Made by a program: the position numbers and the translations under genes
Shown: one piece after another, positions 18,773 through 29,908 of the stretch
Position numbering within the stretch: position 1 is the stretch's first letter
Layout: every line of letters begins with the position of its first letter
Notes under the pieces: model-generated
What the model was told of the DNA's origin: nothing
The model's input: the letters and a program-made list of their open reading frames with translations, nothing else
Databases searched by the model: none
Assembly: GCF_009914755.1 (NCBI RefSeq)
Contig: NC_060930.1
Direction: 5' to 3' (one strand)
Source of the DNA: the human T2T-CHM13v2.0 reference genome, Homo sapiens
DNA: 64,000 nt

Positions 18773-18950
18773 GAGAGATGTTTTGCGGCGATGTCGTGTT
18801 GGAGGGATGAAGATGGAGTTATCCTCTGCAGAAATTCCTAGACGCCTTCACTTCTCTGTATTCTTCCTCATACTTGCCTACCCCCAAATTAATATCAGTC
18901 CTAAAGAATGGTTTGTGTGGGCTTTGTCTTATTTTGTTTTCTTTCTTTTA
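18773..18950 (+). other. SLC22A1: SLC22A1 3'UTR and probable proximal 3'-end region (boundary uncertain)
   Basis: Follows the stop codon; a GU/U-rich tract at ~18910-18950 resembles a downstream polyadenylation element; no canonical AATAAA nearby. Confidence 0.55.
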
Positions 18951-19236
18951 AGTTCTCCAAAGCCCTGGCTATCTTCCACCTGTGCATTCGATCTAGGGAA
19001 AGCTGTTGGTGCTATTGGTATCGGGTACTTAATTATCTAAAGGCGTTTGAAGATCAGTAGAATTTAAATATTGCTATAAAAGAGGGCTGTGTAATTGGAT
19101 TCCTAGAATAAGTATTCTAGAAAGAATTTTCTAGAAAGAAAATTGGTTTGATTCACTCTCTGAAACAAAATGCCTTTGCATTTGTATGTATCTATATTGG
19201 TGAAAACCTTTCAACATGTAGATTGCTTGGAGAGTA

Positions 19237-19886
19237 CAATCAGCCTTCCATATCTGTGGGTTCCACATCTGTGGATTCAAGCCACTGCAGACTGAAAATA
19301 TTTGGGTAGCTGGGGTTGGTGGCTCACGCCTGTGATCCCAACACTTTGGGAGGCTGAGGCAGGAGGATTGCTTGAGCCCAGGAGTTTTCGACCAGCGTGG
19401 GCAACAGTGAGAGCCTGTGTCTACAAAAAAGGGAAAAAGTTAGCTGGATGTGGTGGCCCACACCTGCAGTCCCAGCTATTAGGGAGGCAGAGGTGGGAGG
19501 CTTACTTGAGCCCAGAAATTCAAGGCTGCAGTGAGCCATGATTATGCCATTGCACACCAGCCTGGGTGACAGAACAGGACCCTTTCTCAAAAAAAAAAAA
19601 AAAAAAAAAAAATTGTGCAGCAAAGATGATTGCATCTGCATTGAATGTATACATACTTATTTTTTGTCATTATTCCGTGAACAATACAGTATAACAACTA
19701 CTTACATAGCATTTACATTATATTAGGTATTATAGTTAATCTAGAGATGATTTAAAGCATAAGGGAGGATGTATGTAGGTTATATGCAAAAATGACATCA
19801 TTTTATATCAGGGACTTGAACATTCTCAGATTTTGGTGTCCATGGGGGTCCTGGAACCAATCCTCACAGATATCAAGGGGCAACTG
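19237..19886 (-). mobile_element. MER2 (TcMar-Tigger) DNA transposon split by an AluJ
   Basis: Ends match MER2 (ccatatctgtgggttccacatctgtggattcaa; ggggtcctggaaccaatcc...caactg); TA target duplication at 19235-19236 and 19887-19888. Confidence 0.82.
19308..19612 (+). mobile_element. AluJ
   Basis: ggaggattgcttgagcccagg J-type motifs; ~A25 tail. Confidence 0.93.
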
Positions 19887-22142
19887 TACTGGTTTTTAGT
19901 ATGGAAACTCTGCCCACAAACCATGTCCTTGTGACATTTACGTACACATGATAGAATAAAACATGCTCCTCATTCAAACACCAGAAGCACCATGGCCATT
20001 TTAGGGAAGATGTCTCTGCCCCCTTGTTCCAGGAATATTTTATTCTATCTCACTCTTGGTTTTGGTTCTCCTTGGTGATTCTAGAAGGTGAATGCCTGTG
20101 CCAACCATGAGATATCACAGTAAATATATCAAAGAGAGTTCACTTCAGGATGAGTTATGTGCTTCCTGAACCCTACACCATGCATGATTTTGTTCCTGGA
20201 GGACACAAAAAACTTTATTTTAAAATTTCTTTACCTGTCAGGCAAATCACAAAGATAACAATAGCCAGTCTTCAGAGTATATCAGGAAAAAGCTTCTAAT
20301 GGGAATTGGAGGCATGGTGAAATACACGTGGTTGTATTATAGACACTTCTGGCCTGATCTAGCTGAGGTCAGTGATGGCCACAAGGACTTGAGATCACGG
20401 AAGTGGGTGACGAGCAGCACTTTGGTTGTCCTTTGAGAACAGACATTGCTACTTGAAAACTCAAATCTTTGTCCTTGGGAAAAAAACCAAAAAAACAAAA
20501 AACAAAGAACTCTCAATGGTGGAGTGAACGTAGCCCTTCATTTCAGTGTTGGAAGCAAAGCCCTTGCCCTGTATCTTATACTTTCTGATGATAATGATCA
20601 CACTGTTTACTGGTCACAAATAGTAAATTGTAGGCTTTGAATGATGTTTTTCAAATGCGTATTAAAAATGTCCTCTCTAATCTTTCTTAGAATCCTCTTG
20701 GCAAAACTTCTGAGGAAGGCCTTAAACAAACAAAAAAAAGTCAACATTAAAAACAGCGACACTCCCTGGTCAAACTTCCTTATGGCTCTGTGGACATGTA
20801 TGAAGAAATTAGCACGTGTGCTGTTCTTGCAGGATAAGGCACAGCTAGTGTGTACTTACAGCACACAGCGGCATTGGTGCGGGTCACAGTAAGGTTTGTC
20901 TGACCAGTCAGGAAGTGAATCTGGGAGAGTGGCAGGACCCCCGCAGGCATGTCTGCTCATGCTCTCCCAAGGGAGGGAGGGAGCGTAATTCCAGGGAGGG
21001 TTTAAACATGGAGCCATGGAAACAAAGTGTATTTCATGTTGCCTGATGCATCATGAAGGGGACATTGGGGACCCTTCCCTTCCTGCCTTCCTCACTGTTG
21101 CTGTGACAGAGCCAAAGTCTGTCTTGATAAAAATGGGGGGTGGCGAAGGGCGTCTGGCAGTGTGAAGGCAGAAATAAGTGGGTTGGGAGCCAGATGGCAT
21201 TCAGATGCTTGGAAAGGCTAGTATCTGTGACCCGGGCATCAGGAAACATACAAAGTTCCTGGTCAGGGCCTTGCTGTGAAATGCCCAGGCCCCTCCTTCA
21301 GGGGCAGTGCTGTGGAGTTCCCTGCCATTCCCCAAGCATGTGACAGGAGCCAGGGGATGCCCCAGCCCTCCTCGGCTGGTAAGAGAGCCCAAAGATAGTC
21401 ACAGCAACAAATCATGCAAGAATTCTCATAGCAGTGGGGCGCACTCAGGTGGTGCTGAGAACATCAGAGCAGCACAACTGACCCTATGCGTAGATGGAGG
21501 GGATCTGCAGATCCCTGCAATCACCTCCTCAATCCCGCCCCAACATGTCTTCATGTGGGTCTTGCAATGAAAGAAGTAAAATTTTACCTTGGTCAGCAAG
21601 TGATGGGTGTGGGGGGCTGCAGATCAGGAAAGAGCAGGATGGGGTGGTAGCCGGGGGTCTGGCGGTCCAGGGATGGGTGTCTGACGAGAGCAGGAGTGAC
21701 GGCGATGGGAGGAGGCTGTCACTTTCTGCCTGTTGCTGAGGACGCAGCTTTCTGTCCCGGAAGGAGGGAGGCAGCTTTCTGTCCCGGATGGATACTGGAC
21801 CCTGGCATGAGCTGGATGTGTTTCCAGGGTCTCCTCCACCCTGGAGCAGGGTCCTTGACCATCTGAGACTCTGTCTGAGACTCCGCCTCCTTACGGCACC
21901 TCGCTCCCAGTGGTTGTGAGGATTCCAGGAGCTGCAGGCTTCCCCCAGCAGAGCCCCAGAGTCAGTGCGGGGGCTGCTGCTGCATCAGGTGGCCTCCCAG
22001 CCACGTGGTCTCATGATCAGCAGCTTATGGTGGATTCAATGATCTCCAGCTGAGGAAAGAATGACTGTCCCTTGATGCTTACTCCTTATACCTGGTTGCT
22101 AAGGGCAATGTGTCCTAATGTCCATCCCACCTGCACCTCTTC

Positions 22143-22156
22143 CCAGCAGGTGGCAG
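22143..22156 (+). promoter_or_regulatory. Candidate CTCF core motif
   Basis: CCAGCAGGTGGCAG fits CCASYAGRKGGCRS at all positions; motif match only. Confidence 0.35.
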
Positions 22157-22904
22157 GTGAATGTCTGATGTTTTGAGACATCAACAGAGCAGGCAAATTA
22201 GAGGCCTATTTGACTTAATTTAAGAGGTCTCTTGCAAAAGGTCATTAATGAGACATATTGATAAAGACTCAGTCATCGCCACATTGGGAAGTTAAGGAAG
22301 CTAAGTTCAGAGATGTCAAATGACTGACAAGCATGCAACGGGACTTTGAATTTCCATCTTCTGGGTCAGATTACAGGAGGAGCAAGTATAAGCTTGCAAA
22401 TTAAACAGGAAGGAGGGAGGTTGGAGGGAGCTGTGTCCTCTTTGGGATGAGCTTCCTGGCATTACTGATTGTGCATTTGTCCCTGGCCCCATGCTGCTGA
22501 GCAGGACAGAGGGAAAGCCTAAGAGTGCCCTGGGCAGAGTTCGAAGATCCCATCCCAGAGCGGTGACACTCTAGGCATCCTGTGCTCACTTGCTGATTCT
22601 GCTCTTCAGCCTGGGCAGTGGCATTTATCCTCTTCCGGGTTCCTGTCTGAGTAGAGCATTTCATCTTTCTATGCCATTTGTAAAAAGGATGTGTACATGG
22701 AAACTACATACACATCTACACATTCACATACACAGCTACATTCACACATGGTCTGGTTTATGAGGGTATTGGATTAATTTCAAACCTCTCATTGTAGAGT
22801 ACATGCTGCTTTCTCTCATCAGTCTCATCATTCAGTTAAAATAAACATGAGAATCTGGTTGTCTGGGAGTTTTGAGGAATGGCAAATTTGTGACTATAAA
22901 AATA

Positions 22905-23150
22905 ACAATAGCTCAGATGTATTCAGAACTTGCTGTGTACTAGCTACTGTCCTAAGCACTTTCTTATATTATCTTGTTAAATTCTCATAACACTTCTATT
23001 ATATTGGGTAATGTTACCTAATTGCAAAGAAAAGGAAACTGAGGCATAAAGAGGCTAAGGGGTTTGCCCAACATTACCAGGTAGTAAGCGAAGAACCTGT
23101 AGTCTCGCTCCAAAATCCAAGTTTTGAAGCAGGATACTGCATTTCCAACT
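22905..23150 (-). mobile_element. MIR
   Basis: ctgtcctaagcacttt...attctcataac...ggaaactgaggcataaagaggctaagg core. Confidence 0.75.
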
Positions 23151-23278
23151 GACATCTGGGCAATAGCATCTTTATGCATTACCAAGAAAAACCCCAAAAT
23201 AAAAAAAAAAATTCATTCTTTTGTAGAGAAACATTGTTTTTTTTTCCTTTGTGTGAAGTCTTTATTTCAGGTTTGTAT

Positions 23279-23575
23279 TTTTTTTTTTTTTTGAGATGGA
23301 GTTTCACTCTTGTCACCCAGGCTGGGGTACAATGGTGTGATCTCTGTTCACTGCAACCTCTACCTCCCAGGTTCAGGCAATTCTCCTGCCTCAGACTCCT
23401 GAGTAGCTGGGATTACAGGCACGCCACCATGCCCAGCTAATTTTTGTATTTTTTTAGTAGAGATGGGGTTTTACCATGTTGGCCAGGCTGGTCTGTAACT
23501 CCTGACCTCAGGTGATCTGCCCACCTCAGCCTAACAAAGTGCTGGGATTACAGGCATGAGCCACCGTCCCCAGCC
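23279..23575 (-). mobile_element. AluS
   Basis: Full antisense Alu. Confidence 0.95.
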
Positions 23576-24671
23576 TATTTCAAATATTTGTTAAATCACC
23601 ATTGCTATTCCTCAGGACAAGAGCAAAAAACACCCCCCAGAGCATAGCTAACATGGTCCCAGATTGCAGTTTCTGTTTCTGGAAGGTTCAGGTACAGTGC
23701 GGGAGTCCATTTGTCTACTTGGCTACACCACCGGCTGAGGTGTCATGGGGTCAATGTCACTCAAGTTCCTGGCAAACCAAACTCCTGCAAACAGTCCCAG
23801 ATTGAGGATCAAGTTCCTCTGGAATCACTCCTATCAGTGGCAAAGCGGTGGACACCCCACGACTATCTCCGCCATTGTCAGGAATTTCAGGAGCTTCATT
23901 GGCTAAGCCTGCAGCACTCAGGGTGACCCGGCTGGAAGGCAGAGTAGTCGAGAATCATTCTTTTGGAGACAAGACTGAAAAGGCTTCCCTGGCTGGTCTG
24001 AGCAGGACGTTCTAAGGGTCGCTGCTCCTTGGTGGTGTGAGAAGCACATTCTCTTTGGAACTGCAGTAACTAAGCACCTAGCTGCAACTAGGGCTATGGT
24101 GAGTTTGCCTCGATTATTGTTAAATTGCAGTTTACCTGACACCTCACTTGTGATTTAGTTTAAAAATTTTAAATTACCAAGAAACGGGGGAAAAAAAGTA
24201 AAATTCACTTTAAATCCCACCACTTAGAAGAATTCCATGGAGGAAAACTGAAGGTCGGTCACCGCCCCGTCTCCCCCACCCCAGGGAGTCAGTGTTGACA
24301 GGTGGTGAGTTTCCACCCTTCCTCTCTACAGACGGAGCTTGCTGACTAAGGAAAAAAAATCAAGCTTTTAAAGAATTAAAGTTTGCTTTATTCAGAGGTC
24401 TTACTGAGGACTACAGTCCAGGAGAAGATTTTCAGAGAGTTCCTGTCAGGCTGTTCCAGAACACCATTTTGGCTCAGAATTTATATGCGGATCATGGAGG
24501 CTCAGTGCAAAATCACATCAAACTTGCTTATAAGTTACATGAAAGCAGAATCAATCGCATCAAGGTGTGGGAGCAGGAGCACATCTGGTTATAGAGTACA
24601 GTGGCACAGTCAGCAGCCCCATCAGACGTTATCTTCCGTGTGGGAAAAGGCAAGGCTAGGGGCATTCAACA

Positions 24672-26220
24672 TTTTTTTTTTTTTTAATTTTATTATTATT
24701 ATACTTTAAGTTTTAGGGTACATGTGCACAATGTGCAGGTTAGTTACATATGTATACATGTGCCATGTTGGTGTGCTGCACCCATTAACTCGTCATTTAG
24801 CATTAGGTATATCTCCTAATGCTATCCCTCCCCTCTCCCCCCACCCCACGACAGTCCCCGGAGTGTGATGTTCCCCTTCCTGTGTCCATGTGTTCTCATT
24901 GTTCAATTCCCACCTATGAGTGAGAACATGCGGTGTTTGGTTTTTTTGTCCTTGCGATAGTTTGCTGAGAATGATGGTTTCCAGCTTCATCCATGTCCCT
25001 ACAAAGGACAGGAACTCTTCATTTTTTATGGCTGCATAGTATTCCATGGTGTATATGTGCCACATTTTCTTAATCCAGTCTATCATTGTTGGACATTTGG
25101 GTTGGTTCCAAGTCTTTGCTATTGTGAATAGTGCTGCAATAAACATACGTGTGCATGTGTCTTTATAGCAGCATGATTTATAATCCTTTGGGTATATACC
25201 CAGTAATGGGATGGCTGGGTCAAATGGTATTTCTAGTTCTAGATCCCTGAGGAATCACCACACTGACTTCCACAATGGTTGAAGTAGTTTACAGTCCCAC
25301 CAACAGTGTAAAAGTGTTCCTATTTCTCCACATCCTCTCCAGCACCTGTTGTTTCCTGACTTTTTAATGATTGCCATTCTAACTGGTGTGGGATGGTATC
25401 TCATTTTGGTTTTGATTTGCATTTGTCTGATGGCCAGTGATGATGAGCATTTTTTCATGTGTTTTTTGGCTGCATAAATGTCTTCTTTACCAATGACTTT
25501 CTTCACAGAATTGGAAAAAACTACTTTAAAGTTCATATGGAACCAAAAAAGAGCCCGCATCTCCAAGTCAATCCTAAGCCAAAAGAACAAAGCCGGAGGC
25601 ATCACGCTACCTGACTTCAAACTATACTACAAAGCTACAGTAACCAAAACAGCATGGTACTGGTACCAACACAGAGATATAGATCAATGGAACAGAACAG
25701 AGCCCTCAGAAATAATGCCACATATCTACAACCATCTGATGTTTGACAAACCTGAGAAAAACAAGCAATGGGGAAAGGATTCCCTATTTAATAAATGGTG
25801 CTGGGAAAACTGTCTAGCCATATGTAGAAAGCTGAAACTGGATCCCTTCCTTACACCTTACAAAAAATTAATTCAAGATGGATTAAAGACTTGTGTGTTA
25901 GACCTAAAACCATAAAAACCCTAGAAGAAAACTTAGGCAATACCATTCAGGACATAGGCATAGGCAAGGACTTCATGTTTAAAACACCAAAAGCAATGGC
26001 AACAAAAGCCAAAATTGACCAATGGGATCTAATTAAACTAAAGAGCTTCTGCACAGCAAAAGAAACTACCATCAGAGTGAACAGGCAACCTATAAAATGG
26101 GAGAAAATTTTCGCAACCTACTCATCTGACAAAGGGCTAATATCCAGAATCTACAATGAACTCAAACAAATTTACAAGAAAAAAACAAACAACCCCATCA
26201 AAAAGTGGGTGAAGGATATG
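24672..26220 (-). mobile_element. 5'-truncated, 5'-inverted L1PA (twin-priming structure)
   Basis: Antisense 3' end with poly(T) at 24672-25488, joined at 25488 to a sense ORF2 segment 25488-26220; the segments are adjacent in L1 with ~15 nt missing. Confidence 0.93.
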
Positions 26221-26548
26221 TTTGTTTTGTTTTTTTTGTTTGTTTGTTTGTTTTGAGACAGAGTCTCGCTCTGCCCTGCAACCTGGAATGCAGTGGCATG
26301 GTCAGGGCCCACTGCATCATCCACCTCCCGGGCTCAAGAGATCCTCCCACATCAGCCCCTGCTAGTAGCTGGGACTACAGGGACTACAGGCATGTGCCAC
26401 CATGCTGGGCCAATTTTTTGTATTTTTAGTAGAGATGGGGGTCTCTTGCCATATTGCCCGGCTGGTCTCAACTCCTGGACTCAAGTGATCTGCCCACCTT
26501 GGCCTCCCAAAGCTCTGGGATTACAGGCATGAGCCGTTGCGCCTGGCC
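26221..26548 (-). mobile_element. AluJ
   Basis: Antisense J-type Alu; (TTTG)n tail; internal gggactaca duplication. Confidence 0.9.
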
Positions 26549-27000
26549 AAGTCATTCAACTTTTAAGGAAAGACGCGACTCAGGCAAGAGGCATGGGGGC
26601 CTCTCGGGCTCCATGTGCTCTCTCCTGCTTTATCTTCAAAGCACTTTTCCAGGGAGCTGCACGGCCTCCCAGTCAAGGGCTTTGTGAAACGATGTTGGCA
26701 AGTAGAAATGAGCACACCTGGCTTCTTACCTTTCTTACAAGCCGTATACAAAAATATCAGGCAGGATGACCTTCTGAAGCAACAAGAATGCGTGTTTCCC
26801 CCACACTCTTCCTTTCAACCCCTATTCTGGTGACCATTGCCAGCTGAGTGGCCTAAGGGGAACCAGAAGACAAAGGCTGCAGACTGCTGGCATTGGGCGG
26901 CAGGCCAGCTATGACAGAGTCTCAGGACACCAGCACGAGTCTCCCTGTCAATGGAGGAGATAAGAGTTGTTGGGGGCCGGGAAAGCTGGCTCCTGAAGGG

Positions 27001-27430
27001 TGCATTAGTCTGAGTGGAATTTGCCTGTGAGTGGCCAAAATCTCCAAAATATCAGGGGCTTAAACAAGATAAAAGAAATTTTATCTGACTAAGGAAAAAA
27101 ATTCCTGACTAAAGAAAGAAATTCTTTCTCATGTTCAAGAAGCTTGAAGGACAGAGTGCAGTGCTTGTGTGGGATGTGGCAGAGACAGGCCCAGGTGCCT
27201 GCCATCTCATTCTGTGGACAGAGCTTCCTCCCTGAGGTCCACACTGGCTGCTGGGCTCCCCGTCACATGCAGGAGATGGGGTACCATGAGGAACATAGAT
27301 CCTCCCTTTAAGGGGACTTCTGGACACTGCCTGCAGCCCGTCAGCTGGACCTCATGGCCAGAATATCTGGAGAAGTGGGTGGCTTCAGGCCCTTCCTAGA
27401 GTTGGGTTGCTTTACTGTGGAAGTAGGTGA
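27001..27430 (-). mobile_element. Old MLT1-type MaLR LTR fragment
   Basis: tgcattagtc...ggcttaaacaagataaaagaaatt...ctctcatg start typical of antisense MLT1. Confidence 0.5.
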
Positions 27431-27643
27431 GAGGAGATGGGAGGTGGCCAAGTGCATCTGCTCTGGTTGGAGGGGTGGATGACCTTGAGGGTCTGAAGTA
27501 GGGACCTGCTTGGTTGCTGTAGGTGGCCATGACGCTGCCCACCTGGGGACCCTGAGCAGGTGGACCTGAGGCAGCTCAGAGATTCCTTGTGCCATGGGGG
27601 TAGGGGGAGCAGCATGATGTGACTTAGGGCTTGTCATGGCTGG

Positions 27644-28007
27644 TGATATGGTTTGGCTGTGTCCCCACCCAAATCTCGTCTTGAATTGTAGCTCCCATAA
27701 TTTCCATGTGTCATGGGAGGAACCCAGTTGGAGGTAACTGAATCATGGGGGTGGGTCTTTCCTGTGCTGTTCTCTTGATAGTGAATAAGTCTCATGAGAT
27801 CTGATGGTTTTATAAAGAGGAATTCCCCTGCACAAGTTTTCTCTTCCCTGCCACCATGTAAGATGAGCCTTGCTCCTCCTTGCTCTTTTGCCCTGATCAT
27901 GAGGATTCTGCAGCCATGCGGAACTGTGAGCCCATTCAACCTCTTTCCTTTGTAATTACTCAGTCTCGGGTGTGTCTTTATTAGCAGTGTGAGAATGAAT
28001 GAATACA
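27644..28007 (+). mobile_element. THE1 (MaLR) solo LTR
   Basis: tgatatggtttggctgtgtccccaccc...aataca, 364 bp, with perfect 5-bp TSD GCTGG at 27639-27643 and 28008-28012. Confidence 0.93.
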
Positions 28008-29221
28008 GCTGGGATGAAGGTTCCACCCACAGCTGGGGCACGGACTGCATAGCTGGGACCATGTGGGGAGAAAGACACCCTGGAAAGGCTGGCGTGGGCA
28101 CAGGCTGCCCAAGGAGGGACACTGCCTGCAGAGCCATGGCATGAAGCAAGCCTCCCGGGCCCTATGTGCCCTGCTCTGGGGACACCAGGGGAGGGGAACA
28201 ACCTGCAATTCATGAAATTTACATGAATTTATGAAGGGGAGAAAAACCCTGAAGTCACTGAGCTTACTTTGAATTGCGAAGATTACGTTTTCCACTGCCT
28301 GCTGGAGTACAGGCCTGAGGTAAGAACAAAGTCACACAATTACAAGGTCATATTCCTTGCACAATTAACTTTTATAGCCTTAGAATTTATGGGGTTGTGC
28401 CATCTGCTGGTCTGCAGCTTGCTTTTTCAAATTAACTTCTTTCCATTTCAGCACACAGGGGTCTGACTGGTTTGAGCAGCTGCATAGCAATGTATTGAGT
28501 GCCATCATTGATTGAACCATTTCTGCTTTCTGTTCCTAGAGTGTGCTCCCCTTCATGTGAATGTCAATGATGGGGTTGTTAGTTGGTTCTCCCACCTCAT
28601 CCTGTTTGTCACACCCCCCCTTAGTGGTCCAACTCTCCTTGGGGGCAGCCAGTGGGAGCAGTTAGGGCAGCGGGCAGTCCCCTGGCTAGTCACCCAGGGC
28701 CTCTGCACCAGGCCCTCTGCACCACCTAGCCCAGACCCTCCTGCCTGCAGCCCAGTAGGATGGGTGGATCAGCTTGGATTTCTGTGTGTCTTGGGTGCTT
28801 ATGGCGCTTGGCCCACCACAGAGAGCAGGTAAGGCGCTGTTCTGTGCGTTCCTGGACTCCCCTGTGCTTGATCATCCTCTTGCACATCCTCTTGTGCCTT
28901 CCTTTTTTTTGTTTTTGTAAATGTCAAAGCTGTAGACTCTGTGTGCAAAACATATTTTTCTTGCTGAACCAAATCCTGTTTGCCTCATCTTACATATTCA
29001 TTTTGTTCTATTTCTGTATATATAGAACAAAATATGTATTACATTTTATTTTTATAAATATATTTTAATGTATTTATAAGTGTATTTTATAAATGTATTT
29101 ATTACATAAAATACATAAATACATTTATTACATAAAATACATAAATATATTTAATGTGTAAAATACATAAATACATATGTATTTATTACATAAAACACAT
29201 ACATTTATGTATTTATGTAAA

Positions 29222-29908
29222 ACATTTATTGTGTATAAATGTATTTATACATACATTTATTGTGTATAAATGTATTTATACATACATTTATTGTGTATAA
29301 ATGTATTTATACATACATTTATTGTGTATAAATGTATTTATACATACATTTATTGTGTATAAATGTATTTATACATACATTTATTGTGTATAAATGTATT
29401 TATACATACATTTATTGTGTATAAATGTATTTATACATACATTTATTGTGTATAAATGTATTTATACATACATTTATTGTGTATAAATGTATTTATACAT
29501 ACATTTATTGTGTATAAATGTATTTATACATACATTTATTGTGTATAAATGTATATTATTTATACATACATTTATTGTGTATAAATGTATATTATTTATA
29601 CATACATTTATTGTGTATAAATGTATATTATTTATACATACATTTATTGTGTATAAATGTATATTATTTATACATACATTTATTGTGTATAAATGTATTA
29701 TTTATACATACATTTATTGTGTATAAATGTATTATTTATACATACATACATTTATTGTGTATAAATGTATTATTTATACATACATACATTTATTGTGTAT
29801 AAATGTATTATTTATACATACATACATTTATTGTGTATAAATGTATTATTTATACATACATACATTTATTGTGTATAAATGTATTATTTATACATACATA
29901 CATTTATT
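29222..29908. repeat. AT-rich palindromic minisatellite (VNTR), 20 units
   Basis: 10x31 bp (acatttattgtgtataaatgtatttatacat), 4x36, 1x34, 5x38 bp; degenerate AT-rich flank from ~29030. Confidence 0.97.

Larger units (their letters stand above)
24340..26738 (-). mobile_element. ERV1-class (MER-type) solo LTR, split by AluJ and L1PA insertions
   Basis: Halves at 24340-24670 and 26549-26738, with TG...CA ends and antisense AATAAA (ctttattc at ~24387); family not certain. Confidence 0.55.

Noticed and set aside
19100-19140. TTCCTAGAA (STAT5/BCL6-like) and repeated ttctagaaagaa
   Set aside because: Short motifs expected by chance in 64 kb; spacing does not fit a heat-shock element.
24090-24315. 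Donor-like GTGAGT sites suggesting a lncRNA exon
   Set aside because: No supporting acceptor, promoter or transcript evidence visible.
29222-29908. CRISPR-like array or repetitive protein ORFs (29487, 29518)
   Set aside because: The units are contiguous with no unique spacers and there are no cas genes in this human DNA; the ORFs are by-products of unit length.
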